From positions 800,001 to 864,000 of the forward strand of contig OZ219815.1 of assembly GCA_964291235.2 (NCBI GenBank): DNA of 64,000 nucleotides, written 5' to 3'. Made by a program: the position numbers and the translations under genes. Every line of letters begins with the position of its first letter. The stretch's first letter is position 1. Under the pieces are notes generated by a model that made no database searches, was not told where the DNA came from, and saw only the letters and a program-made list of their open reading frames with translations. The DNA comes from Vicinamibacteria bacterium (GTDB lineage: Bacteria; Acidobacteriota; Vicinamibacteria; Marinacidobacterales; Marinacidobacteraceae). This document shows, in pieces, positions 28,733 to 38,059 of this stretch.

Positions 28733-29538
28733 CAGAAGAGCCGGATGTCGGTCCAGACGCCCATGGAGCAGAGCCGGACGTACAGGTCGGAGAACGCGAC
28801 CCAGAAGAGGCTGCACCAGGCGAACTTCATGTGCCGCACGTTCAGCCAGCTCGAGCACTCATAGGCGCAGCTACGCGCCGGCCTCCCCGAAATCTTGTTG
28901 AGGAAGCCCCCCGCGAGATGGCGGAACGAGTGGCAGCCGAAGGTGTAGCCGCCGAGCAGGACCACGTTCATGGTGAGGACGAGGGTGCCGACTCCGATTC
29001 CGAACTGCTCGGTACCGGTCGCCGGGTTCATGAACCACATCGCCTTCCAGGCATCCCAGGCGAGGATGCCGATGAACGCCACCGCGAGGTAGAGGAAGTA
29101 GCGGTGGACGTTCTGGAGGATCAGCGGCAGGCTGTTCTCACCGCGGTAGGTCTTCCAGGGCTTGCCGACCGTGCAGTTCGCGGGACTGGCCCAGAACGCC
29201 TTGTAGTAGGACCCGCGGTAGTAGTAGCAGGTGAGCCGGAAACCGGCCGGCGCCCAAAGGATCAGCAGAGCCGGCGACCAGGGCAGGAAGGCGGGCCAGA
29301 TGCTCGGTTTCCCGCCGAACCAGGCGTGGTGCGAATCGCCGAAAAGCACCGGCGAATACATGGGCGAGAGGTAGTTGCCGAGCTCGTAGTGGGCGTTCTG
29401 GAACGCCGCCCAGGTCGAATACACGATGAATCCGGAGAGGACGGCGAAGGTCGCCGCGGGGACGACCCACCAGTTGTCACGGCGTCGCGTGACACCGAAC
29501 CCCTGTTGCTCGGGAAGGGCTCCAGCGACGGTTGGCAC
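28732..29538 (-). CDS. Membrane anchor of type F (mycobacterial Sdh1, Rv0249c-like) succinate dehydrogenase
   Basis: YLSPMYSP, FRLTCYYYRGSYY, QNVHRYF, GCHSFRH and HMKFAWCSL; TGATG-coupled to sdhA. Start (GTG 29538) uncertain. Confidence 0.85.
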   Translation of the reverse strand: MPTVAGALPEQQGFGVTRRRDNWWVVPAATFAVLSGFIVYSTWAAFQNAHYELGNYLSPMYSPVLFGDSHHAWFGGKPSIWPAFLPWSPALLILWAPAGFRLTCYYYRGSYYKAFWASPANCTVGKPWKTYRGENSLPLILQNVHRYFLYLAVAFIGILAWDAWKAMWFMNPATGTEQFGIGVGTLVLTMNVVLLGGYTFGCHSFRHLAGGFLNKISGRPARSCAYECSSWLNVRHMKFAWCSLFWVAFSDLYVRLCSMGVWTDIRLF

Positions 29539-29638
29539 GGCGGCGCAGTGTACCGCCGTAGTACCCGGAGTCTCGGAAATGTGTCGGGCCCCGCGCTCCG
29601 CGGGCGCCGTGGCCGGCCGCGCACGGCGCCGGCCGCGC

Positions 29639-30430
29639 TCAGAATCCGAAGACGAAGAGGAGCTGGGGGAGAAACTCGTTCGCGCCGTCAACGCCGAACT
29701 TGTTGACCCACACCTGGAGTTCGGTTCCCACCAGCACGCGGTTCCCGGCGCCCCCCATGGCCTTCCCGATGTCGTAGCGGATCTGGGGCTGGAGGAGGAC
29801 CTGGTACGGCTGGTCCTCGCCGGTTTCGGTCCCGGTAGGACTCTGCCACTCGCCGTGCCCCTCCACCGAGAAGGAGCCCTCCCCGAGCTGGAAGGGGTAG
29901 GCCCAGTTGAAGTCCACGTTCCAGATGCCGTCCGTGCTGGGCGCCCCGCCGCGGTCGAGTCCGCCGCTGAAGTCCACGAGATAGTTGAAGTCCAGATTCG
30001 CGAACGCGAAGCCCGGCAGGTCGAGCGAGAACTTGATGCCGGGGGTGAACTTCGCGAGCTGCGCCTGAGCGCCCCAGTTCAGGCCTCCGGTCAGCATCAC
30101 GTCCTTCACCGGGCCGAAGGAGATCTCCTTCCCGCTCAGGGCGCCGAGGCTCAGGTTCGAATACCACTCCAGGTAGGCGTCCCGGCTGGAAACCGGCTCG
30201 TCGCAGCAGGCCAGATCGACGAAGAAGAAGTTCTCGCCGTGGCTCCAGGCGCTCGCGTGCTGGAGGGTGATGACGTGCTGGAACCCCGGCGGACTGACGT
30301 CGCCCGCGACCCACGCGGACCCGCCCTGGTACTGGAATTCGGTCCTGCTGAAGCCCTGGGCGCCGGCGGAGACGGGCAGCGCCACCCCTACCAGGACGGC
30401 TCCCCAGAAGACCTTGCGCACCCGATCCAC
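29639..30430 (-). CDS. Tsx-like nucleoside-specific outer-membrane channel (DUF5020-like)
   Basis: Signal peptide; [37 protein letters not shown]; terminal Phe. Confidence 0.8.
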   Translation of the reverse strand: MDRVRKVFWGAVLVGVALPVSAGAQGFSRTEFQYQGGSAWVAGDVSPPGFQHVITLQHASAWSHGENFFFVDLACCDEPVSSRDAYLEWYSNLSLGALSGKEISFGPVKDVMLTGGLNWGAQAQLAKFTPGIKFSLDLPGFAFANLDFNYLVDFSGGLDRGGAPSTDGIWNVDFNWAYPFQLGEGSFSVEGHGEWQSPTGTETGEDQPYQVLLQPQIRYDIGKAMGGAGNRVLVGTELQVWVNKFGVDGANEFLPQLLFVFGF

Positions 30431-30489
30431 GGTTGCTCATTCCATCACATCCCGCCGACATAAGATTGGCGGCATCCGGAGGGATCTCC

Positions 30490-31221
30490 ATGCGGGGCGT
30501 GCGGACGGCTGCGCTTTTTGCCCTCGTCTTTCTGGCGTCGGCCTGCGGCGGCGACGGCGCCAACGGGCACTCGGAACAGGAGGACGCCTTCCGGGCGGAA
30601 CGGATCCTGATGGTGCGGAATCAGATCGAGCGTCGGGGCATCCGCGACGATGCGGTCCTGCGGGCGATGCAGACCGTGCCCCGCGAGCAGTTCGTCCCCG
30701 CTTCCGAGCGAAGCCGCGCCCACACCGACCGCCCCCTGCCGATCGGCGAGGGCCAGACCATCTCCCAGCCCTACATCGTGGCGCTGATGAGCTCCCTGGC
30801 GCGGATCACCCCCGGAATGCGGGTGCTCGAGATCGGGACCGGTTCCGGCTACCAGGCGGCGGTGCTGGCCGAACTGGAGGCCGAGGTCTGGTCCATCGAG
30901 CTGCTGCCGGGAATCGGGGCGCGGGCGGAGGCAACCCTCCGCGCCCTCGGCTACGAGGACATCAACCTGCGGGTGGGAGACGGCTACCAGGGCTGGCCGG
31001 AGGCGGCCCCCTTCGACCGGGTCGTGGTGACCGCCGCCCCTCCGGAGATTCCGCAGGCCCTCCTCGATCAGCTCGCCCCCGGGGGACGGCTCGTGGCGCC
31101 GGTCGGGCCGGACCCGTGGACCCAGCGCCTGGTGGTGGCCACCCGGGACGCGGACGGGGAGATCCGGATCGAGGACCACGGGGGAGTGGCCTTCGTCCCG
31201 ATGGTGCCGGGGCAGCGGTAG
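30490..31221 (+). CDS. pcm: Protein-L-isoaspartate(D-aspartate) O-methyltransferase
   Basis: [43 protein letters not shown] and FVPM motifs. Confidence 0.95.
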   Translation: MRGVRTAALFALVFLASACGGDGANGHSEQEDAFRAERILMVRNQIERRGIRDDAVLRAMQTVPREQFVPASERSRAHTDRPLPIGEGQTISQPYIVALMSSLARITPGMRVLEIGTGSGYQAAVLAELEAEVWSIELLPGIGARAEATLRALGYEDINLRVGDGYQGWPEAAPFDRVVVTAAPPEIPQALLDQLAPGGRLVAPVGPDPWTQRLVVATRDADGEIRIEDHGGVAFVPMVPGQR

Positions 31222-31227
31222 GAGCCA

Positions 31228-31568
31228 GGAGCGCCGGCCTCCGGCCGGCATCGCTTCGCGCAGCGAAGCGAAACTCCCAAACCTGTTCGTTCACGATGGC
31301 GCCGCCGCCCGGCGGCATGGCGCAGCGCCACTCAGGCGGCGGTGTAACGGTGCGCCGTCCCCGTTTGGGTTGGCGCCGTCAGGGATGATCGAGTCTGGGA
31401 GTTTCGCGGCCAGAGGCCGCGATGCCGGCCAGAGGCCGGCGCTCCTGCGCGTTGAGTGGTCTTCGCCGTCACGGACTGGGTCCGGGCCGCGGGGGGGGAT
31501 CAGGTTTGGGAGTTTCGCGGCCGGAGGCCGCGATGCCGGCCGGAGGCCGGCGCTCCTGGCCGGCGCTC
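31228..31568. repeat. REP/REPIN-like 218-bp inverted-repeat element (31228-31445) plus an extra right arm (~31498-31568)
   Basis: Arms GGAGCGCCGGCCTCCGGCCGGCATCGC…GCGAAACTCCCAAACCTG and TCTGGGAGTTTCGC…GCGATGCCGGCCAGAGGCCGGCGCTCC; same family as 50793-51009 and 51804-52020; lies between convergent genes. Confidence 0.85.
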
Positions 31569-32639
31569 CTATTCCCAGTAGTCCACCTTGTTCGCGCGGA
31601 GCTCTTCCGCGAGGTTCCAGATGCGGGTTGCGGTGCGCTGGTCGGCGAACTCGTATAGCAGGGGCGCGAGGCCGGCGAGCCGCATCTTCAGGATGGCCTT
31701 CCGGAGCGCCTTCGGCTTGTCCACCTGGATCCAGTCCCACCAGCCGATGACGTGGCGCGCCATGTCATCCAGGCCGCCGGCCCGGAAACGCACCGTGACG
31801 AAGCCGTCGGCGTCCTTCTCGACCTTCTGGGTCGGATGGAAGTTCCACTTCTCCGGTTCCGGCGCCTCCGGGTGGAACCGCCACTTCACCTCCACCGGCT
31901 TTTCGCCGAAGGAGCCGAACAGCGTGCGGAGGTAGTTCCGGAGCGCGTCCTCCCCCAGCCCGCTCGGTTGGTCCGAAACCTCGACTTCGCTCATCCGGTC
32001 CAGCCGGTACTGCGCCAGGTCCCTTCCGGCCTCCTTCGCGACGAGCCGCGGGGCTCCGCCGTAGAGGAGGCCCGCCGGCTCCGCCACCTTGTCTTTTTCC
32101 TGGCCCGTCCCGGAGCGGTAGCGGAAGGCCACCTTGTGCTGCGTCAGGATGGCCTTCCGAAGCGGCGCGGTCACGTTCTCCTTCGCCGGCACGTGCGGGC
32201 CCGGCCGGGAGGCGATCCCGAAGGCATCGGTGATCGCCTCGACGTCGGTGTCCGTGTGGGACGCCAACTGGAGCTCCTCCATCGCCCCGTGCACCTTGCT
32301 GCGAAGATCCGTCAGGCGGGCGGCCTCGTCCGACATGTTCTCCCGCTCGAGGGCCTTGACCGCGGCGTCCAGCGCCGCCATTTCCTCGGCCGCGGGTTTC
32401 TGGGTCTTGAACCCGCGGACCCACTTGTTCTGGGTGGCGTCCAGCCAGAACTGCTTCTCGCCGGAGTCGATCTTCCCTTCCTTCAAGGCGTCCCCGAAGA
32501 TTCGCTTCGCCTCGGCGATCCAGCGAAGGGCGGTACGCCGGTTGATGTCCTCCGTCCGCTCGAGGTCCCGGTAGGTGATCCGGGTCCCGCTCAGCAATTT
32601 GCGGAAAAGGGTCGCGGTGCGCTCGATGGAACTGGCCAT
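31569..32639 (-). CDS. WYL-domain transcriptional regulator (HTH-WYL-WCX, PafC/DriD-like)
   Basis: N-terminal HTH (TYRDLERTEDINRRTALRWI), WYL core (EPAGLLYG…QYRLDRM), WCX region (FHPTQKVE…VTVRF…KPKALR). Confidence 0.88.
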   Translation of the reverse strand: MASSIERTATLFRKLLSGTRITYRDLERTEDINRRTALRWIAEAKRIFGDALKEGKIDSGEKQFWLDATQNKWVRGFKTQKPAAEEMAALDAAVKALERENMSDEAARLTDLRSKVHGAMEELQLASHTDTDVEAITDAFGIASRPGPHVPAKENVTAPLRKAILTQHKVAFRYRSGTGQEKDKVAEPAGLLYGGAPRLVAKEAGRDLAQYRLDRMSEVEVSDQPSGLGEDALRNYLRTLFGSFGEKPVEVKWRFHPEAPEPEKWNFHPTQKVEKDADGFVTVRFRAGGLDDMARHVIGWWDWIQVDKPKALRKAILKMRLAGLAPLLYEFADQRTATRIWNLAEELRANKVDYWE

Positions 32640-32694
32640 TAGACTCTCCTTGCGGTTGCCGTCGCGGGGCGGGTTGGCCCTGCTTCCCGATCAG

Positions 32695-32713
32695 TGCGAC
32701 AAATATTGACTCA
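32695..32713. promoter_or_regulatory. Candidate operator (imperfect palindrome) upstream of the WYL gene
   Basis: TGCGACA-AATAT-TGACTCA in an AT-rich patch of the divergent WYL/BCCT promoter region. Confidence 0.4.
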
Positions 32714-32817
32714 ATGAAACCCGGGATGCAAACGCGAGTGTCTTGTCCGGATCGGATACCAGGACACAATCCGGCATATCCTGGTGCCCTTCCCGTCCGT
32801 TTGGCGTGGATTCCGGC

Positions 32818-34359
32818 GTGACGAAAGCAGCTCCGGGCCGCTATCAGGCAGGCCGCGACAACATCCGTCCCTTCGGCCTCGATATCCACAACCCGGTCTT
32901 CGTGGTCTCGAGCCTCACCAGCATCGCTTTCGTCGCCGGGGCGCTCCTGTTCCGGGACGCCGCGGGGGGCGTCTTCGAGGCGCTCTACGCCTGGCTGACC
33001 TCGACGTTCGACTGGATGTTCATGGCGGCCGCGAACGTCTTCCTTCTCTTCTGCCTGGCGCTGTTGCCCACGCGCCTGGGCCGAATTCGCCTGGGCGGCC
33101 CGGACGCCAGACCGGAGTACTCCAACTGGTCGTGGTTCGCCATGCTGTTCGCGGCGGGGATCGGGATCGGCCTGCTGTTCTTCGGCGTGGCGGAGCCGGT
33201 CACCCATTTCCGGAATCCGCCGCTCGGAATGGAGCCCGCCGAGAGCCTCGCGGTCGCCGGCACCCTCTACCACTGGGGCCTGCATGGATGGGCCATCTAT
33301 GCAGTAGCGGCGCTCGCGCTCGCCTTCGCCGCCTACAACCTCCGACTGCCGATGAGCCTGCGGTCGGCCTTCTACCCGGTGCTGGGCGACTGGGTGTGGG
33401 GCCGCTTCGGCCACCTCGTGGACATCCTGGCGGTGTTCGCCACGGTCTTCGGACTGGCGACCTCACTCGGCCTGGGCGTCGAACAGATGGTGGCCGGGCT
33501 GAACCATCTATTCGGCGTCCCCGCGACGGATCTGACCGCGATACTCCTGATCGCCGTCATCACGGCGGTCACGCTGGCCTCCGTGATCCTGGGCATGGAC
33601 CGGGGCGTCAAGCGCCTGAGCCAGGCCAACATGGCCCTCGCGCTGCTGCTGCTCGCCTTCGTGCTGGCCGCCGGACCGACCCTCGAAATCCTCATCGGGT
33701 TCGGCCGGAGTCTCGGCCGCTATCTCGCCGTCATCGGACCGCTCAGCAACTGGGTGGGCCGGGAAGATCTCCATTTCCTGCATGACTGGACCATCTTCTA
33801 CTGGGCGTGGTGGCTCTCGTGGGCGCCCTGCGTCGGCATGTTCATCGCCCGGATCTCGCGCGGCCGGACCGTGCGCAGCCTCGTCGGCGGCATGCTGGTG
33901 ATCCCGCTGCTGCTCGAGACGCTCTGGTTCAACACGTTCGGCGGAACGGGGCTGGCGCTCCACCTCGGCGGACAGCCCGGAATCGTCGATGCGGTGCAAA
34001 ACGGGCAGCCGGAACTGGCGCTCTTCAGGATGCTCGAGCTGCTGCCGCTCGCCGGAGTCACCTCGTTCGTCGCCATCGCCCTGGTGATCGTCTTTTTCGT
34101 CACCTCGTCCGATTCCGGGACGCTGGTGATCGACACCATCACCGCCGGCGGCAAGGTGGACGCCCCGGTCGTGCAGCGCGTCTTCTGGTGTTCGTTCGTG
34201 GGGATCGTCGCCATGACCCTGCTCGTCAGCGGGGGGCTGCGGGCGTTGCAGACCGCCGCCCTCACCACCGGCTTCCCCATCACGGTCATCCTGGTCGCGT
34301 TGTGTTACAGCGTGTGGAAGGGGCTGCGCACCGCCGGGACTACGGTCCCTTCGAAGTAG
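32818..34359 (+). CDS. BCCT-family betaine/choline/carnitine transporter
   Basis: PEYSNWSWFAMLFAAGIGIGL, HWGLHGWAIY, WTIFYWAWWLSWAP and FFVTSSDSG motifs. Confidence 0.95.
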   Translation: MTKAAPGRYQAGRDNIRPFGLDIHNPVFVVSSLTSIAFVAGALLFRDAAGGVFEALYAWLTSTFDWMFMAAANVFLLFCLALLPTRLGRIRLGGPDARPEYSNWSWFAMLFAAGIGIGLLFFGVAEPVTHFRNPPLGMEPAESLAVAGTLYHWGLHGWAIYAVAALALAFAAYNLRLPMSLRSAFYPVLGDWVWGRFGHLVDILAVFATVFGLATSLGLGVEQMVAGLNHLFGVPATDLTAILLIAVITAVTLASVILGMDRGVKRLSQANMALALLLLAFVLAAGPTLEILIGFGRSLGRYLAVIGPLSNWVGREDLHFLHDWTIFYWAWWLSWAPCVGMFIARISRGRTVRSLVGGMLVIPLLLETLWFNTFGGTGLALHLGGQPGIVDAVQNGQPELALFRMLELLPLAGVTSFVAIALVIVFFVTSSDSGTLVIDTITAGGKVDAPVVQRVFWCSFVGIVAMTLLVSGGLRALQTAALTTGFPITVILVALCYSVWKGLRTAGTTVPSK

Positions 34360-34370
34360 GGGGAATCCAG

Positions 34371-35456
34371 ATGGCAATGCCGCCCGGAAGCGACACCGGA
34401 CAGATTTCAGCACATCCCCTCATCCTGCTGGGGATGGGGAACGTGCACCGCGAGCTGCTCGGGATCCTGGCCGCGAAGGCGGAAAGCCTCGCGGACCGCT
34501 ACGGGGTGACGTTCCCTGTCGTGGCCTGCGCGGACCGCAGCGGTTTCGTCCGCGGGCCGGACGCCGAGGGAGGCCGCATCGCGGCCGGCGCCCTGCTGGC
34601 CGCCAAGGCCGCCGGGGGGAAGGTCCGGGACGTCCCCGGCGCGGAGGCGGTCTCCCTCGAGGAGGCGCTCGCCCTCGCCGGGCCGCGCGGCATCCTGCTC
34701 GACGCCGCCTCGATGGACGTGGAAACCGGGGGAATCGGGCTCCACGCCGCCCGGGCGGCACTCGCTTGCGGAGTCTCGGTGGTCTTCGCCAACAAGTCGG
34801 CGATCGCGCTCGCCTTCGACGAAATCGAAGCGCTCGCCCGCGAGAACGCCGCCGGACTCGGCTGGAGCGCCACCGTCTGCGGCGGGCTCCCGGTGGTGAA
34901 CGCGGGCCGGCGGGACCTGGTGTCGGCGGAGTTCCGGCGGCTCCGGGGCGTCTTCAACAGCACGAGCAACCTGGTGCTGGGCCGGATGGCCGAAGGGTTG
35001 ACCCTCGAGGACGCGGTCCGCGAGGCCCAGCGACGGGGAATCGCCGAGACGGACCCTACGAACGACCTGAACGGCACCGACACCGCGCTCAAGCTGCTGA
35101 TCCTGGTGCGCACGGTCATGCGCCGGGCTGCGTCCCTCGCGGACGTGGACCGCACCGGGATCGAGGCGGCGCCCGAGCCGGCCGCGGACGAAGTGGTCCG
35201 GCTGCTCGGCGAAGCCGTGCCCGACGGGGATTCCGTGCGGATGACCGTTTCGCCGGTGTCGGTGCCCCGGACGAGCTTCTTCGGCTCGCTCGGGACGCTC
35301 GACATGGCGGTGGAGTGGGAGACCGACCTGTTTGCGACCCAGCGGCTGATCAGCACCGAGGGGGACGCCATTCCCACCGCCGCGGCGGTGCTCCGAGACG
35401 CCGTCCACATCGCCTGCGGCACCCCCGCGGGTCCGTCGGTCCGGCCTGTCGTTTAG
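34371..35456 (+). CDS. Homoserine dehydrogenase-family protein (short form, no ACT domain)
   Basis: GMGNV, ANK, ATVCGGLP, GVFNSTSN, GIAETDP..D..GTDTALK and TAAAVLRD motifs. Confidence 0.85.
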   Translation: MAMPPGSDTGQISAHPLILLGMGNVHRELLGILAAKAESLADRYGVTFPVVACADRSGFVRGPDAEGGRIAAGALLAAKAAGGKVRDVPGAEAVSLEEALALAGPRGILLDAASMDVETGGIGLHAARAALACGVSVVFANKSAIALAFDEIEALARENAAGLGWSATVCGGLPVVNAGRRDLVSAEFRRLRGVFNSTSNLVLGRMAEGLTLEDAVREAQRRGIAETDPTNDLNGTDTALKLLILVRTVMRRAASLADVDRTGIEAAPEPAADEVVRLLGEAVPDGDSVRMTVSPVSVPRTSFFGSLGTLDMAVEWETDLFATQRLISTEGDAIPTAAAVLRDAVHIACGTPAGPSVRPVV

Positions 35457-35481
35457 GCCTGTCGCTTAGGATCGGGAATTC

Positions 35482-36759
35482 ATGACGGCCCGCAAGATCT
35501 CCCGCCGCCAGGCGCTTGCCGCCGGGCTGGCCGGCGCGGGCGCCGCCGCGGCGCTCGGCGGCTGCGGGGACGGAGCCGGTGAGTCGCCGGAAACGCCAGC
35601 CGCCGGAAGCCAGGCCGCGCCCCAGCCGGGACGGGGAGTCCGCGCGGTGGTGGTCGGCGCCGGCGCCTTCGGCGGCTGGACGGCGCTCGAGCTTCTGCGG
35701 CGGGGGGCCGAGGTCACGCTGGTGGACGCCTGGGGCCCGGGGAATTCCCGGGCTAGCTCGGGCGGCGAGACGCGGGTGATCCGCGCCACCTACGGTTCCG
35801 ACCGCATCTACTCCGAGATGGTGGTCCGGGCGCTCGAACTCTGGAAGGAGGCCGGCGAGCGCTGGAACGACCGGCTCTTCTTCGAAACCGGGGCGCTCTG
35901 GATGAGCGACGGGGTCGATCCCTACGCGACGGACTCGGTCCCGATCCTCACCGACCTCGGCGTTCCGTTCGAGGAACTCACCGGCGAGGAACTCGGCCGG
36001 CGCTACCCCCAGATCAACCCGGAGGGGATCGCCTACGCGCTCCACGAGAAGAGCGCGGGATATCTCCTCGCACGGCGCGGCTGCCAGCGGGTGCTGGAGG
36101 GCTTCCTCGCCGAGGGCGGCGAGTATCGCCAGGCGAAGGCGGCCGCCGGGACCATGACGGACGGGGCGATGCGGGATGTCCGCCTGGCGACCGGCGAGAC
36201 GATCCCAGCGGAGCTCTTCGTGTTTGCCGGCGGGCCCTGGCTCGCGGAGCTCTTTCCGGGTTTCGACCCGCCGCTCGTGAGCCCCACCCGGCAGGAGATC
36301 CTCTATTTCGGCACCCCGCCCGGCCGTCCCGACCTGACGGACGCCGAACTGCCGGTCTGGGTGGAGACGGGAGCCAGCCTTTTCTACGGAGTTCCGGGCA
36401 GCAACTACCGCGGCTTCAAGGTGGCGGACGACACCCGCGGGGCGCCGTTCGACCCTACCGGCGGGGACCGCACCCCTTCGCCGGAGGCCATCCGGACGGG
36501 GCGGAGCTACATGGAACGCCGCTTCCCGGCGATGCGGGAGGCCCCGCTGATCGAGGCGCGGGTCTGCCAGTACGAGCAGAGCGCCGACGGGCACCTGATC
36601 GTGGATACCCATCCCGAGGCCGAAAACGTCTGGATCGCCGGCGGCGGATCGGGCCACGGCTACAAGCTCGGCCCGGCGCTTGGGGAGATGCTGGCGGCGC
36701 AGGCGCTCGGCGAGCGTGCAAAGGAGCCCTTCTTCGGGCTGGACCGGTTCGCCGGGTGA
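35482..36759 (+). CDS. FAD-dependent monomeric sarcosine oxidase-like enzyme, Tat lipoprotein (paralog 1)
   Basis: SRR Tat motif with lipobox LGGC; GAGAFG, SSGGETRVIR, VCQYE and GHGYK. Confidence 0.85.
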   Translation: MTARKISRRQALAAGLAGAGAAAALGGCGDGAGESPETPAAGSQAAPQPGRGVRAVVVGAGAFGGWTALELLRRGAEVTLVDAWGPGNSRASSGGETRVIRATYGSDRIYSEMVVRALELWKEAGERWNDRLFFETGALWMSDGVDPYATDSVPILTDLGVPFEELTGEELGRRYPQINPEGIAYALHEKSAGYLLARRGCQRVLEGFLAEGGEYRQAKAAAGTMTDGAMRDVRLATGETIPAELFVFAGGPWLAELFPGFDPPLVSPTRQEILYFGTPPGRPDLTDAELPVWVETGASLFYGVPGSNYRGFKVADDTRGAPFDPTGGDRTPSPEAIRTGRSYMERRFPAMREAPLIEARVCQYEQSADGHLIVDTHPEAENVWIAGGGSGHGYKLGPALGEMLAAQALGERAKEPFFGLDRFAG

Positions 36760-36763
36760 TCGC

Positions 36764-38029
36764 ATGACGAAACGGATTTCACGCCGCGAGGCGATCACTG
36801 CCGGGCTCGCCGGCGCCGCCGCGGGCGCGCTGGGCGCCTGCGGGAACGGAGCCGGCGGACCCGAAACGCCCGTGGCCGCACCCACCGAGAGCGCTCCCCA
36901 GACCGGAAGCGGGATCCGGGCCGTGGTCGTCGGGGCTGGCGCTTTCGGCGGCTGGACGGCGCTCTGGCTCCGTCGCGCCGGCGCGGAGGTGACGCTGGTG
37001 GACGCGTGGGGGGCCGGCAACGCCCGCGCGAGTTCGGGCGGCGAGAGCCGCTTGATCCGGGCCTCCTACGGACCGCGCCGGATCTACAGCGAGATGGTGG
37101 CCCGCGGGCTCCAGATCTGGAAGGAGCACGAGGCGCGCTGGGACGACCGGCTGCTCTTTCCCATCGGCATGCTGCGGATGAGCAGCGGCGAATCCGAGTA
37201 CGCGAAGGCGGCGGTGCCCATCCTCAGAGAACTCGGACTCACGGTCGAGGAACTCGACGGTGACGAGCTCGCGCGCCGCTTCCCCCAGATCAACCCGGAC
37301 GGCCTCTCCTACGGGGTGTTCGAAAAGGATGCCGGCTACCTGCTCGCCCGCCGCGGCTGCGAGCGGGTGCTCGATGCGTTCGTCGCCGAAGGCGGCGCCT
37401 TCCTCCGCGCCGAGGCGTCGCCGGGGGAGACCTCCGGCAGCGGGATGCGGGACATCCGCCTCGCCGACGGCAGCACCGTCGAGGCCGACGTGTTCGTGTT
37501 CGCCTGCGGGCCCTGGCTCGCGAAGCTGTTCCCGGAGTTCGATCCGCCGCTCGTCCAGCCCACCCGGCAGGAAGTCTTCTACTTCGGCCCGCCGGCGGGC
37601 CGCGCCGACGTTACGGAGGACGAGTTCCCGACCTGGATCGACCAGGGCCCGTTCTACGGCGTCCCGGCGACCCGCTTCCGCGGCTTCAAGATCGCGGACG
37701 ACCGGCGCGGCGCGCCCTTCGACCCCACGACCGGCGACCGCACGCCGTCAGCGAAGGGCGCCCGGGAGGCGCGGGAGTACATGGAGCACCGCTTCCCGGG
37801 GATGCGGGGCGCCCCGCTGATCGAGGCGCGGGTCTGCCAGTACGAGCAGAGCGCCGACGGGAACCTGATCGTGGACACCCACCCGGAAGCGGACAACGTC
37901 TGGATCGCCGGGGGCGGGTCCGGCCACGGCTACAAGCTGGGCGCGGCGCTCGGGGAAATGCTGGCCGGACAGGCGCTCGGGGAGCGCGAGAAGGAGCCCT
38001 TCTTCGGGCTGGCGCGGTTCGCGGGCTGA
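36764..38029 (+). CDS. FAD-dependent monomeric sarcosine oxidase-like enzyme, Tat lipoprotein (paralog 2)
   Basis: SRR with LGAC lipobox; same motifs as the upstream paralog and an almost identical C-terminus. Confidence 0.85.
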   Translation: MTKRISRREAITAGLAGAAAGALGACGNGAGGPETPVAAPTESAPQTGSGIRAVVVGAGAFGGWTALWLRRAGAEVTLVDAWGAGNARASSGGESRLIRASYGPRRIYSEMVARGLQIWKEHEARWDDRLLFPIGMLRMSSGESEYAKAAVPILRELGLTVEELDGDELARRFPQINPDGLSYGVFEKDAGYLLARRGCERVLDAFVAEGGAFLRAEASPGETSGSGMRDIRLADGSTVEADVFVFACGPWLAKLFPEFDPPLVQPTRQEVFYFGPPAGRADVTEDEFPTWIDQGPFYGVPATRFRGFKIADDRRGAPFDPTTGDRTPSAKGAREAREYMEHRFPGMRGAPLIEARVCQYEQSADGNLIVDTHPEADNVWIAGGGSGHGYKLGAALGEMLAGQALGEREKEPFFGLARFAG

Positions 38030-38059
38030 CCGCCGGCGCGGCGCCGGTCTCGCGGCGGC

